Positions 9,477-18,377 of a DNA stretch of 38,202 nucleotides are shown piece by piece; the first letter of the stretch is position 1, and the number at the start of each line of letters is the position of its first letter. Under the pieces are notes generated by a model. The model did not search any database. It saw only the letters and a program-made list of their open reading frames with translations, and was not told the DNA's origin. A program made the translations under genes and the position numbers. The stretch is taken from NCBI GenBank assembly GCA_043745805.1, contig JAYTSD010000048.1:1-38202 (forward strand). Reading direction: 5' to 3'. This DNA comes from Fibrobacteria bacterium (GTDB lineage Bacteria; Fibrobacterota; Fibrobacteria; UBA11236).

Positions 9477-10379
9477 TTAATTCGCCTCTATCAAGGCAAA
9501 GAAAGGTTCCGCTTCTTGAATTTGCTTATCTATTTCCGCTGCGAGTTCTTCGTCAGTAACGCCAAGATTGAGTAAGGCTTTTACTTCTTCAATTAAGGGT
9601 TGATAAATTTCATTAGTAACACAGCCGCTACCTCGAGTGTGACATAAATAATTTGCATAATGCACAATGGCTGCAACATCCCCATGTTCTTTAGCCTCTA
9701 ATGGAGAATGATGATGGATAATAGGGATTTTTAATTCGTCGGGCATTTGCCATTTTTCTACTAACATACCACTCACATCTGCATGCGTGAGCCCTAACAT
9801 TTCTTTTTCCACAATCACATTAGGGAGTTGTTTTTCTTTAGCTTTTTCTAAAACTGGAAGATAATCTTCATGAGCACATTGCTCTAAAATTAATTTGCCA
9901 ATATCATGCAAAAGGCCCGCACTAAAGGCTATTTCTAAATCAACCATTTTTCTTTTGCGATAAAATTGCGCTAAGCTGCGCGACACCACACCCACCATAA
10001 ATGAATGTTTCCAAAAGGCTTTTCTATCGAAGCCTGACACGCCAGGACGGCTAGGGAAAACTTTTAATACCGATGCTGAAAGCACTAAACTGCGAATGGT
10101 ATTAAAACCCAAAATCACAATGGCTGAATTTACCGAAGAAATAGAACGCGGTATGCCATAAAAGGCTGAATTAGCTAAACGCAAAACTTTAGACGTGAGT
10201 GCTAAGTCTCGTGAAATGAATTTTGCAACATCGTCCGCACTAGAGTGTTGATCATTAACGATTTGCATCACTTTAGCCGCAATAGTAGGCATAGTGGGAA
10301 TTTGGCCCAAATCCTGAATAATACGGGCATAACGTTTTTTAGGATCTTCGGTAGCTACACTTGTTTTTAATAAACCCAT
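9477..10379 (-). CDS. HDOD domain protein
   Basis: IPTMP, KVLRLANSAFYG, FWKHS, GLLHDIGK and KWQMP motifs. Confidence 0.92.
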   Translation of the reverse strand: MGLLKTSVATEDPKKRYARIIQDLGQIPTMPTIAAKVMQIVNDQHSSADDVAKFISRDLALTSKVLRLANSAFYGIPRSISSVNSAIVILGFNTIRSLVLSASVLKVFPSRPGVSGFDRKAFWKHSFMVGVVSRSLAQFYRKRKMVDLEIAFSAGLLHDIGKLILEQCAHEDYLPVLEKAKEKQLPNVIVEKEMLGLTHADVSGMLVEKWQMPDELKIPIIHHHSPLEAKEHGDVAAIVHYANYLCHTRGSGCVTNEIYQPLIEEVKALLNLGVTDEELAAEIDKQIQEAEPFFALIEAN

Positions 10380-10550
10380 TCCTCGATTTTAGCATATGGA
10401 TTTTAAAAAAGAAACGAATTTTTATGCAAATCTCGTAATTTATTCGATTTTGAAGAGGCATTAGAGTATTTATCTCCAAGCATTTAATATTTTTTCTCTT
10501 AAAGATCATAGAGACTCTCTCGTTTTCTTTCCCTTTTATTAAAGGACTTT

Positions 10551-13500
10551 ATGCAAAAGGCCTGTTTTTATTTTGTCCTCTCTCTCAGTATTTTTTGGCT
10601 TTCCTGTAACTTAAATGAGGCAGGCAAAAAGGCCCAAAATAAAAATGTCGAATTAGCTACGCCCATTTTAGATAGCTTACTCTTAGATTTTTCCAAACTA
10701 CAAATCGAACTTCTCGATAGCTCCGGTCATTCGCTTTCTCAGATTTATAATGATTCGCTTAAATCTTTATCCGCTTTAGAAGGGCTGTCCCTTGCTGAAA
10801 ATAAAGCGCAAGCCGTTCGGTTGCAAGTAAAGGGCTATGTGGACTCACAGCTTTGCTATTCCATTGTGTATCAATACGACAATATAAATATTGTGAAAGC
10901 CGATACCATAGTTTATCCGGGTAAGAATTTACAAGTTACCCTTGTGGGTGACTCAGTAAATCAACTTTCGCAAGAATTCAATCTCCAAGTTATAGCCAAG
11001 CAAAAACCGGGACTCATAACCTTGGTTCAATTGGATAGAAATGGGGATGGAACTTGGGAAGAAGAAATTACCAGTAAGCGGAAAGACTCCCTCATTACTT
11101 GGAATGCCAAGCCTTTTCGTTTTGATGATATTGGCCGCTATTCAACTAAGGTTCGCATATGGGCAGGTAAACGGATTTTTAAACTCGTGCAAATGAAAAT
11201 AAACGTTCTTGCCGACACGCTTCTTCCCAGCGAAAAACCTTTTTTACTTTCCCAATTAAATTTGTTTCCGGGTATACTCACCCCATCTTTTGCGCCGGAA
11301 GTTTTTGCGTATCAAATGAGGGTTCCATTCACGCAAGCTGACTTTCACTTTGCAGCAAAGCCCAGTGATTCCTCAATAAGCTTTATTTTAAATGGCCAAA
11401 GTCTTAATATTAATCAAGATACTCTTTTACCTTTAATCGTTGGCAGCAATGCTTTTAGTTTAGTCTTAAAGAAGGGCAATGTTGGCTCAGCCTATACTTT
11501 TAAAATTATCCGTGATAAAAGTGCGGATAATACTTTAACTAATCTTAATGTTTCTACCGGAAATCTTTCCACTCCTTTTGTATCCGAAATCATGCATTAT
11601 AAGTATATCATTCCCCCTTTTGACAGTAACTTTTATATTACCCCAGTGGCTCATGATAGTGATGCGGTCATTAAAATTAATGGGCTAACGCTTTTTAAAG
11701 GTGCAAAATCTATAGACTTCAAACCTATGCGCGGAAAATCTGATACTTTGTACGTGCAAGTCATTGCGCCCAATGGATCCGCAACCGGTTACGATATTGA
11801 ATATACACAAGAACTCTTACTCTCTTCAAAGCTCTTAAGCCTAGCTGTTTCGGCAGGAACGCTTTCGCCCGTATTCGATTCTTCAACTTACAGCTATGCA
11901 TGTGCTGTGAATTTTGCCGATAGTACTTTACAAGTTACTCCAAAAGCCATCGACACCTTAAATATTCTTACCATAAATAATGACACGGTAATCTCTGGTC
12001 AATCTGCGAAGCTATTCCCATTAAAAATCGGTGAAAACTACCTTCGTATTGAGATTCTAACTCGTCAAGGAGCGAAAAGGACTTATTCCTTATTTGTAAA
12101 ACGAAATAATCAAGCTGCACTCGCTAGTCTTTTACCTTCGGTAGGAAATTTATCTCCCAGTTTTGACAAAGACACTCTCAACTATACGGCAAATGTTGCC
12201 AACAATGTGGGCTTTATACGATTTACGCCCAAAGCCCTGACTAATGGATCCACTATTCGTATTAATACTCAAATTATTGCTTCGGATACGCCTTCGGATA
12301 ATTTTCCTTTAGATTATGGACTTAACACCTTCACATTTAATGTCACTACCTTGGATAGCTTGCAAAAAACTTATACTGTAAAAGTAAATCGCCAAATTAG
12401 TAGGAATAATAATTTATCCGCCTTAACTGTTGCAGAGGGATTTATTTCTCCTGTTTTTGCGGCAATCGATACCGAATACACTATATCTCTTCCCTATCCT
12501 GTGAGTACTACCACTATTAACGCGGGGGTCGCCGATGTGAAAGGGAAATTAACGATCAATGGCGTTTCCATAGCCTCGGGAGCGCCAGCACCCGTTTCAT
12601 TAGCCATTGGTGCGAACATTATTCCTATTGAAGTTATGGCGCAAGATAGCAGCAAAAAAACTTATCGCATTACCCTTACTCGCGCCGCACCCAGTACTAA
12701 TACTAAGCTCGCTAGTTTAGCATTTTCCGCTGCTGGATTATCACCCGCATTTAATGCCGATTCACTGGCCTATACTTTAACGGTGCCCATTGATTCCGCT
12801 TCGATTCAATTAATTCCCACTGTGCAAGACAGTACGGCTACTTTAAAAATCAATACGGTAACAAGTGTCTCGGGATCCTCGAACATATTCGCCTTGCATG
12901 TCGGAGAGAATTCAATTGTTGCCTCGATTACAGCACAGGATGGATCAGTTAGGAGTTATAAAATGAATGTTTTTCGGCAAGCTTCTCCTTCTCCAAGATA
13001 TGCGTATTTATGGTCAAATGATTCGACTTCCGCAAGCTATGTGGCTAACAATGGATGGGTATATAATCCCACAGGTAACATAGAAGTCACGCACACCGGA
13101 CAGGGGACCTATTTGGTAAAATTTACGGGATTAGGGGGAGGTTCCTTTAATGGCGGAAATGTACAGGTCGCGGCATACGGCGGAAACTCGACTTATTGTA
13201 CCGTGGGAAACTGGAATGCAAGTGGTGCCGATTTTATCGCTACAACCAATTGCTATAACATAACGGGATCACCCGTGAATTCACAATTTAGCATGTTGGT
13301 CAATTGGCCACGAAATGCAAATACTGGCGGCAATGCCTTTGCCTTGGTTGATGATACATCTGCAGTAAGTATTCCTAATACAACTTTCGCTTTTAATTCC
13401 GGAAATGCCTCAGATACGGCGAAGTATTTTAATTCCGGTGCATATGCCAATACCGTAAAGTTTATGAATTTAAATCTTTCTAGTATTGGCGGAAATATTT

Positions 13501-13979
13501 TGGTCAATGCTGTAGGATCGAATAATCACTGTTCCGTTTATACTTGGAATGGCACCGATTTTACTACCTATGTTAATTGTGTTACCCCAGCAGGGGCAGC
13601 CATTAATACGCCTTATCAGGTTCTGGTAAATTTACCCAAAGCAAGTTCTGCGGGACATAGTGGTTATGCTTGGCTTAATAATGCAGCTCCTGCATTAGCC
13701 ACGCCGTATACACCAAGTGCCACGTGGTCCTATAATTCCGGTGGCGGCGCTATTACCGTTACTCGCACCGGTATAGGTGTCTATAATACAGTATTTGCTG
13801 GGTTGGGAAACAAGGGGTCGACTGGCGGCAATGCACAAGTTTCGGCCTACCAATTTGATGGGATTTGTAAATTAACTTCATGGTATGGTGGAGGAACGGA
13901 CTATAGTGTTAGTACGCGCTGCTTTGACAAGACAGGTGTACCGGCTGATGCAAAACAGAATATTTGGGTGACTTGGTGA
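10551..13979 (+). CDS. Large surface lipoprotein with six cadherin-like beta-sandwich repeats and a C-terminal triple-repeat domain
   Basis: Lipobox WLSC (Cys19); six ~95-aa units opening LxxL.v..G.LsP.F......Y and closing Y.i.v.R; three Cys-pair repeats at the C-terminus. Confidence 0.85.
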   Translation: MQKACFYFVLSLSIFWLSCNLNEAGKKAQNKNVELATPILDSLLLDFSKLQIELLDSSGHSLSQIYNDSLKSLSALEGLSLAENKAQAVRLQVKGYVDSQLCYSIVYQYDNINIVKADTIVYPGKNLQVTLVGDSVNQLSQEFNLQVIAKQKPGLITLVQLDRNGDGTWEEEITSKRKDSLITWNAKPFRFDDIGRYSTKVRIWAGKRIFKLVQMKINVLADTLLPSEKPFLLSQLNLFPGILTPSFAPEVFAYQMRVPFTQADFHFAAKPSDSSISFILNGQSLNINQDTLLPLIVGSNAFSLVLKKGNVGSAYTFKIIRDKSADNTLTNLNVSTGNLSTPFVSEIMHYKYIIPPFDSNFYITPVAHDSDAVIKINGLTLFKGAKSIDFKPMRGKSDTLYVQVIAPNGSATGYDIEYTQELLLSSKLLSLAVSAGTLSPVFDSSTYSYACAVNFADSTLQVTPKAIDTLNILTINNDTVISGQSAKLFPLKIGENYLRIEILTRQGAKRTYSLFVKRNNQAALASLLPSVGNLSPSFDKDTLNYTANVANNVGFIRFTPKALTNGSTIRINTQIIASDTPSDNFPLDYGLNTFTFNVTTLDSLQKTYTVKVNRQISRNNNLSALTVAEGFISPVFAAIDTEYTISLPYPVSTTTINAGVADVKGKLTINGVSIASGAPAPVSLAIGANIIPIEVMAQDSSKKTYRITLTRAAPSTNTKLASLAFSAAGLSPAFNADSLAYTLTVPIDSASIQLIPTVQDSTATLKINTVTSVSGSSNIFALHVGENSIVASITAQDGSVRSYKMNVFRQASPSPRYAYLWSNDSTSASYVANNGWVYNPTGNIEVTHTGQGTYLVKFTGLGGGSFNGGNVQVAAYGGNSTYCTVGNWNASGADFIATTNCYNITGSPVNSQFSMLVNWPRNANTGGNAFALVDDTSAVSIPNTTFAFNSGNASDTAKYFNSGAYANTVKFMNLNLSSIGGNILVNAVGSNNHCSVYTWNGTDFTTYVNCVTPAGAAINTPYQVLVNLPKASSAGHSGYAWLNNAAPALATPYTPSATWSYNSGGGAITVTRTGIGVYNTVFAGLGNKGSTGGNAQVSAYQFDGICKLTSWYGGGTDYSVSTRCFDKTGVPADAKQNIWVTW
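11243..12977 (+). repeat. Six degenerate protein-level cadherin-like repeats
   Basis: LSQLNLFPGILTPSF, LTNLNVSTGNLSTPF, LLSLAVSAGTLSPVF, LASLLPSVGNLSPSF, LSALTVAEGFISPVF, LASLAFSAAGLSPAF; boundaries approximate. Confidence 0.85.
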
Positions 13980-14017
13980 ATTAATCTTGAGCTCATTTTA
14001 ATGATTACTTAATTCAC
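13976..14017. other. Inverted repeat joining two convergent stop codons
   Basis: GTGAATTAA (13976-13984) / TTAATTCAC (14009-14017) with inner TCATT-tt-AATGA; AT-rich, so a weak hairpin. Confidence 0.35.
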
Positions 14018-14466
14018 TTCATTCGTTTTAATTCCGCCACATCAGCCAAATCTTTGGGTCGATTCGCCGCTATCTTGCTTTTTATCAAATCCTCTCTTGA
14101 TATTACTTTTACAGTAATGCCATCGAACTTTATAGTTTTTTTTCTCTTGTAGCATTTTTCAAAATCTATTCCCAAAGCCATATTCAGAATGTCGATTCTT
14201 AAAGGAGGACGTCCGATTTTGAAAGTGTTATCCTGCTTTTTAAAAAATTCTTTTTCTACGCCTTTAATACCAAAATCAGATAATGCGGACATTAACCTCA
14301 AAATGTTTTTTTCTTCTACGCCTATTAAAAAATCAATATCGGCTGTTAATCTTGGATTAGCATGAATTCCCACAGCCCAACCGCCGATTAATAGATATTT
14401 AACTTTGTGAGAATTTAGAAACTTCAAAAATTCTTTGAAGTCTTCCGGTAGTTGCCTTTCGACCAT
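14014..14466 (-). CDS. Minimal nucleotidyltransferase (DUF6036-like)
   Basis: YLLIGGWAVGIHANPRLTADIDF (GG...DxD Pol-beta-type motif), RIDIL and K..A.RPKDLAD motifs. Confidence 0.85.
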   Translation of the reverse strand: MVERQLPEDFKEFLKFLNSHKVKYLLIGGWAVGIHANPRLTADIDFLIGVEEKNILRLMSALSDFGIKGVEKEFFKKQDNTFKIGRPPLRIDILNMALGIDFEKCYKRKKTIKFDGITVKVISREDLIKSKIAANRPKDLADVAELKRMK

Positions 14467-14596
14467 AGAAACATTCCCTAAGATAAGTTATGGTACTCGA
14501 TTTTTTTTGATAGCTCATTTTTTTTAAAGCCATTGCTTCAGACTTTTCTGCTTCTGCAAAACTTTCAAATCCCCAAATTTTTTTGTCGATTTTCAT
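14399..14596 (-). CDS. Small basic hypothetical protein, partner of the nucleotidyltransferase (start reassigned to ATG 14596)
   Basis: 65 aa MKIDKK...SFAEAEK...YLRECFYG..TTGRLQRIFEV; overlaps the NTase 5' end by 68 bp. Confidence 0.65.
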   Translation of the reverse strand: MKIDKKIWGFESFAEAEKSEAMALKKMSYQKKSSTITYLRECFYGRKATTGRLQRIFEVSKFSQS

Positions 14597-14640
14597 ACTT
14601 GAAAAGATAAACACATTTACTGTTTTAAATCCTAAAACAA

Positions 14641-14667
14641 AAAAAGCCTCGCAAAGCGAGGCTTTTT
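14641..14667 (-). terminator. Rho-independent terminator after clpP (bidirectional-capable)
   Basis: AAAAAGCCTCGC-AAA-GCGAGGCTTTTT perfect stem with A/T tracts on both sides, 18 bp after the clpP stop. Confidence 0.9.
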
Positions 14668-14685
14668 AATCAAAAACAAAATGAT

Positions 14686-15291
14686 TTAAATTTTGTTTTC
14701 CACAATATCGACTAAACCATATTTCTGTGCCTCTTCGGCGGTCATAAAATTATCCCGATCCGTATCATTTTCAATTTGATCCATGGATTTACCAGAATGA
14801 TCGGCTAAAATTTTATTCAATGCGGCGCGAATACGTAGCATTTCTTCGGCTTGAATTTGAATATCCGATGCCGGTCCAAACATATGTCCAGAAATTAAAG
14901 GTTGATGAATCATCACGCGAGCATTTTTCCAAGCATAGCGCTTGCCTTTAGCACCTGCCGCTAATAATACCGCACCCATACTGGCCGCTTGACCACAAAC
15001 TACAGTGGCTACATCGCAAGGAATGGATTGAATACAATCATAAATAGCCAAGCCTGAAGAGATTACTCCACCTGGGCTATTGATGTATAAAGTGATATCG
15101 TCTTTACTCACCGAGCTCAAGTAAAATAATTGCTTGACGATTTTTTCGGCGACAGTGTCATCCACTGGCGACCATAAAAAAATCTTGCGGCCTTTAATAA
15201 ACGATTCGGCGATTTCTTTCGCTAGGCCGCCGCCTTCGTCTTTTTCTTTTTCCTTGTCTTTTTCTTTTTCTTTTTCTTCAAGAACCTGCAT
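14686..15291 (-). CDS. clpP: ATP-dependent Clp protease proteolytic subunit (likely start ATG 15291 rather than TTG 15324)
   Basis: YINSPGG, AASMGA (Ser), MIHQP (His), DRDNFM (Asp) and YGLVD motifs. Confidence 0.96.
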   Translation of the reverse strand: MQVLEEKEKEKDKEKEKDEGGGLAKEIAESFIKGRKIFLWSPVDDTVAEKIVKQLFYLSSVSKDDITLYINSPGGVISSGLAIYDCIQSIPCDVATVVCGQAASMGAVLLAAGAKGKRYAWKNARVMIHQPLISGHMFGPASDIQIQAEEMLRIRAALNKILADHSGKSMDQIENDTDRDNFMTAEEAQKYGLVDIVENKI

Positions 15292-15388
15292 TTGATTTCT
15301 TTCGGTTGAATGGAACTTCTGCAAAATTATCTTATACGTTACAAAATCCTGAGCCTTAGTTGCAAGCTCAGAAATTTATTTAAGCATT

Positions 15389-16813
15389 TTAAATTTTTTC
15401 CCAAGTGGTGCTTTCGGTATTGTCTTTTAATACATACCCACGGGCTTTAAATATGTCGCGAATTTCATCGCTTCTTTTGAAGTCGCGATTTTGCCGCGCT
15501 TGCAAGCGTTCCGTAATCAAACGCTGAAGATCCTCTTCAAGATCCGCATTAAGTGTTGTAACTTGGGCTTCATCTAAACCTAATCCTAAAACACGATCAA
15601 AATCGAATATTAAGCCAGCCTTTTCGCTTTCCAAAAGATCGATATCTTTGAGCATAGTATTTAGGACCGCTAAACCTTGTGACATATTCAAATCATCGAA
15701 TACTGCTTTACAAAATTTATTTTGCCATTCAATGGCGACTGAACTTTCAAAGTTTCCATTTTTGCCCGTAAAATTTTCGGTGCGCTTGCGTAAATTACGC
15801 AAGGATTCACGCGCGGTATTTAAACCTTCCCAACTGAAATGCAAATAGTTGCGATAGCCGGCGGTTAAACAATAATAGCGATAGTCCATGGCTGTATAAC
15901 CTTTTTGCAAAAGCACATCAAGCGTGATAAAATCGCCGGATGACTTAGACATTTTTCCCCCGCCACTCTCTTCATCGCCTTGCTCTAAAAGCCAGCCACC
16001 ATGCAACCAAAAGCGTGAAAATTTTTCGCCTGTGGCGCATTCGCTTTGCGCAATTTCATTGGTATGATGCACGCGAATATGATCGACGCCTCCGCAATGA
16101 ATGTCGAGTGTATGTCCTAAATGCTTCATCGCCATGGCAGAACATTCTATATGCCAACCTGGAAAACCTTTACCCCAAGGGCTAGGCCATTCCATCGCAC
16201 GTTGTGTATCCTTGGGAGAAAATTTCCATAAAGCGAAGTCCGTAGGATTACGTTTACTTTCCAACATTTCAATACGCGCACCAGCCTGTAAGCCTTCAAT
16301 GTCTAGGCCAGCAAATTCACCATAACGAGGAAATTTTGAAGTGTCAAAATAAATTCCATCGTCAGCGCGATAAGCAAATTCTTTGGCCTCCAAAGTTTGC
16401 ACTAAAGCAATTTGTTCCGCAATATGATCGGTGGCTTTTGTCCAGAGTGTAGGCTCTAACAAACGTAAACGCATCCAATCTTTTTGAAAAGCTTCAGTAT
16501 AATACTGCGCAATCTCCCAAACGCTTTTGCCTTCGCGTAGTGCGCCTTTTTCCATTTTGTCTTCGCCGGTATCGGCATCGGAAGTGAGATGTCCAACGTC
16601 CGTAATATTCACTACATGATTGACTTGCCAGCCGGCATATTCCAAAGTGCGGCGCAAAAAATCTTCGAAAACATAAGTGCGTAAATTGCCGATATGCGCA
16701 AAATGATAAACCGTAGGGCCGCAGCAGTAAAGATTAACTATACCTGGATGCAAGGGTTCAAAGACCTCTTTGCGTCGTGTGGCGGTATTATAAAGAAAGA
16801 CTTCTGGTTTCAT
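15389..16813 (-). CDS. cysS: Cysteine--tRNA ligase
   Basis: CGPTVY, HIGN, DFALWK, PGWHIECSAM, DIHCGG and KMSKS motifs. Confidence 0.98.
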   Translation of the reverse strand: MKPEVFLYNTATRRKEVFEPLHPGIVNLYCCGPTVYHFAHIGNLRTYVFEDFLRRTLEYAGWQVNHVVNITDVGHLTSDADTGEDKMEKGALREGKSVWEIAQYYTEAFQKDWMRLRLLEPTLWTKATDHIAEQIALVQTLEAKEFAYRADDGIYFDTSKFPRYGEFAGLDIEGLQAGARIEMLESKRNPTDFALWKFSPKDTQRAMEWPSPWGKGFPGWHIECSAMAMKHLGHTLDIHCGGVDHIRVHHTNEIAQSECATGEKFSRFWLHGGWLLEQGDEESGGGKMSKSSGDFITLDVLLQKGYTAMDYRYYCLTAGYRNYLHFSWEGLNTARESLRNLRKRTENFTGKNGNFESSVAIEWQNKFCKAVFDDLNMSQGLAVLNTMLKDIDLLESEKAGLIFDFDRVLGLGLDEAQVTTLNADLEEDLQRLITERLQARQNRDFKRSDEIRDIFKARGYVLKDNTESTTWEKI

Positions 16814-16850
16814 AATTCCATATTAATAGAATGGGGAAAAGTAGCAAAAT

Positions 16851-18311
16851 TCACCTATTATCCGGCACGCCCACCAAGGTGATATAAATCACCGCATGGG
16901 AAAGTGGCAGTTTCAAAAGTTCATTGGCTTGATCATCGAAATAGCCACCGATACCACTAGAACCTAAATGCAAATGATCCGCCATCAAATTAATGCGCTC
17001 ACCCACTTGGCCCGCATCTAAACAAACATAACGATAACCTCTATCACCATAAGTCTCCGCTAATTTAGCCAAGTCTGCTGTATATACTAATGCGAAAGCG
17101 CAATCCGAAGACAATTCCTGACCGAGGCACATATAAAAACATTCGGATTTAAAATTTCCTGGCTTGGTTAAATTCCAATCTATTGCTTCCGTGTCCACTT
17201 GATAAACTCCTGGTTGCAAACCGTCCACACGCAAGGCCACAAGATGTGCTTGCCAATGGCCTGGAGCTAAGGCCCAAGGACAATTTTCAATATTGCGAAA
17301 TGCGAAACCTAAAATTTCTTTGAGTTGATAAGTTGAAATTGCCTGCCCATTAAATTGCCTGCAACTACGGCGGGTTAATATACCGCGCAGGGCATTATAA
17401 TTTCCAATTTCAAAGGGAGGGAAATGCTGGAAGTCCGATACAATAGGACGTGCCGGAGTTACTGAGTCAATTCTTTCACAGCAATTTTGTTGCACTTGCA
17501 TGGGATCTTCACTCTGCACTAATTTGGCTGCGGCTTCGGGTTCGGCACTGGGCCTTTGTCCTTGCGCTGCTAAAACTTGTCCTAGTTTTCCAATAGCTAC
17601 GGCCAATAAAGGCATTTCTTCTTTGGCCGTTAAAAAAAGCAACTCTTCCAAGCCTTGATCCATAAAGCTCGCCAACAATGAAAAAGGTAAGCCTTCGTAC
17701 TCACAGATTTCCAATAAATTTCCTAAGGCATGACCCGTATCAAGCAAGATACGCCTATAGGCTCGTTCCTTATAACGCCAAGCACTACGACCATAAATAC
17801 CCGTGAAAAGGATAATGCAATCGCATTCCGCTACGGCAGGATGTTGTAAAAAATAATGTTGCAACTCCGCCCAAAAATCCCCTTGCCATACAGGAATCAA
17901 AGCGTTTTTTTTGGAATGATAATGATAAAAGCCATCAGAAATATTTTCTTGCCGACGTAAAGCCACATAAATCTCGGTAGGATAAAGGCCACCTGCTGAG
18001 GGAGCCGCACGAAAGAAAAAATCCGGACCGCCCTCGGTTTCCATTTTTCCCGTAATACCCAAGGTGAAATGTAAAAGCTCGGCTAAGCCTTCGAGCCCTC
18101 CTGGCCATGTCGGTTTCTCAAGCGGTGCAATAGCGGCAGGCTGTAATTTCTCAAAAATCTTTTCTAAGGGTTGGGTTAAAACAATCTTTTCATTGGATTG
18201 AATTTCTTTAAACGGCAATGGCTGTTGCGACCAAAAAACCGGCCCCAATTTATCAATGGTTTGCGGGTTGTATTTGGTAAACTCGTGATATCGTTCAGTA
18301 AAACTGGCCAA
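16851..18311 (-). CDS. SagB/ThcOx-family dehydrogenase with two nitroreductase-like domains
   Basis: RAAPSAGGLYPTEIY, WRYKERAYRRILLDTGH, then second domain RRSCRQF, YGDRGYRYVCLDAG, GIGGYFDD; TTG start. Confidence 0.88.
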   Translation of the reverse strand: MASFTERYHEFTKYNPQTIDKLGPVFWSQQPLPFKEIQSNEKIVLTQPLEKIFEKLQPAAIAPLEKPTWPGGLEGLAELLHFTLGITGKMETEGGPDFFFRAAPSAGGLYPTEIYVALRRQENISDGFYHYHSKKNALIPVWQGDFWAELQHYFLQHPAVAECDCIILFTGIYGRSAWRYKERAYRRILLDTGHALGNLLEICEYEGLPFSLLASFMDQGLEELLFLTAKEEMPLLAVAIGKLGQVLAAQGQRPSAEPEAAAKLVQSEDPMQVQQNCCERIDSVTPARPIVSDFQHFPPFEIGNYNALRGILTRRSCRQFNGQAISTYQLKEILGFAFRNIENCPWALAPGHWQAHLVALRVDGLQPGVYQVDTEAIDWNLTKPGNFKSECFYMCLGQELSSDCAFALVYTADLAKLAETYGDRGYRYVCLDAGQVGERINLMADHLHLGSSGIGGYFDDQANELLKLPLSHAVIYITLVGVPDNR

Positions 18312-18377
18312 GAGGAAAATGAATTTAATAAGACCTAGATATTTTGTACACTATTACGATTCTCAACAGGATGATTT

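Noticed and set aside
11243..12977. Periodic sequence as a possible CRISPR or DNA tandem array
   Set aside because: The repeats are degenerate and visible only at protein level inside an ORF; there are no identical DNA repeats with spacers and no cas genes.
16851..18311. Possible thiazole/oxazole RiPP cluster around the SagB-like gene
   Set aside because: No YcaO cyclodehydratase, Cys/Ser-rich precursor or transporter nearby; the flanks are cysS and an unrelated exported protein.
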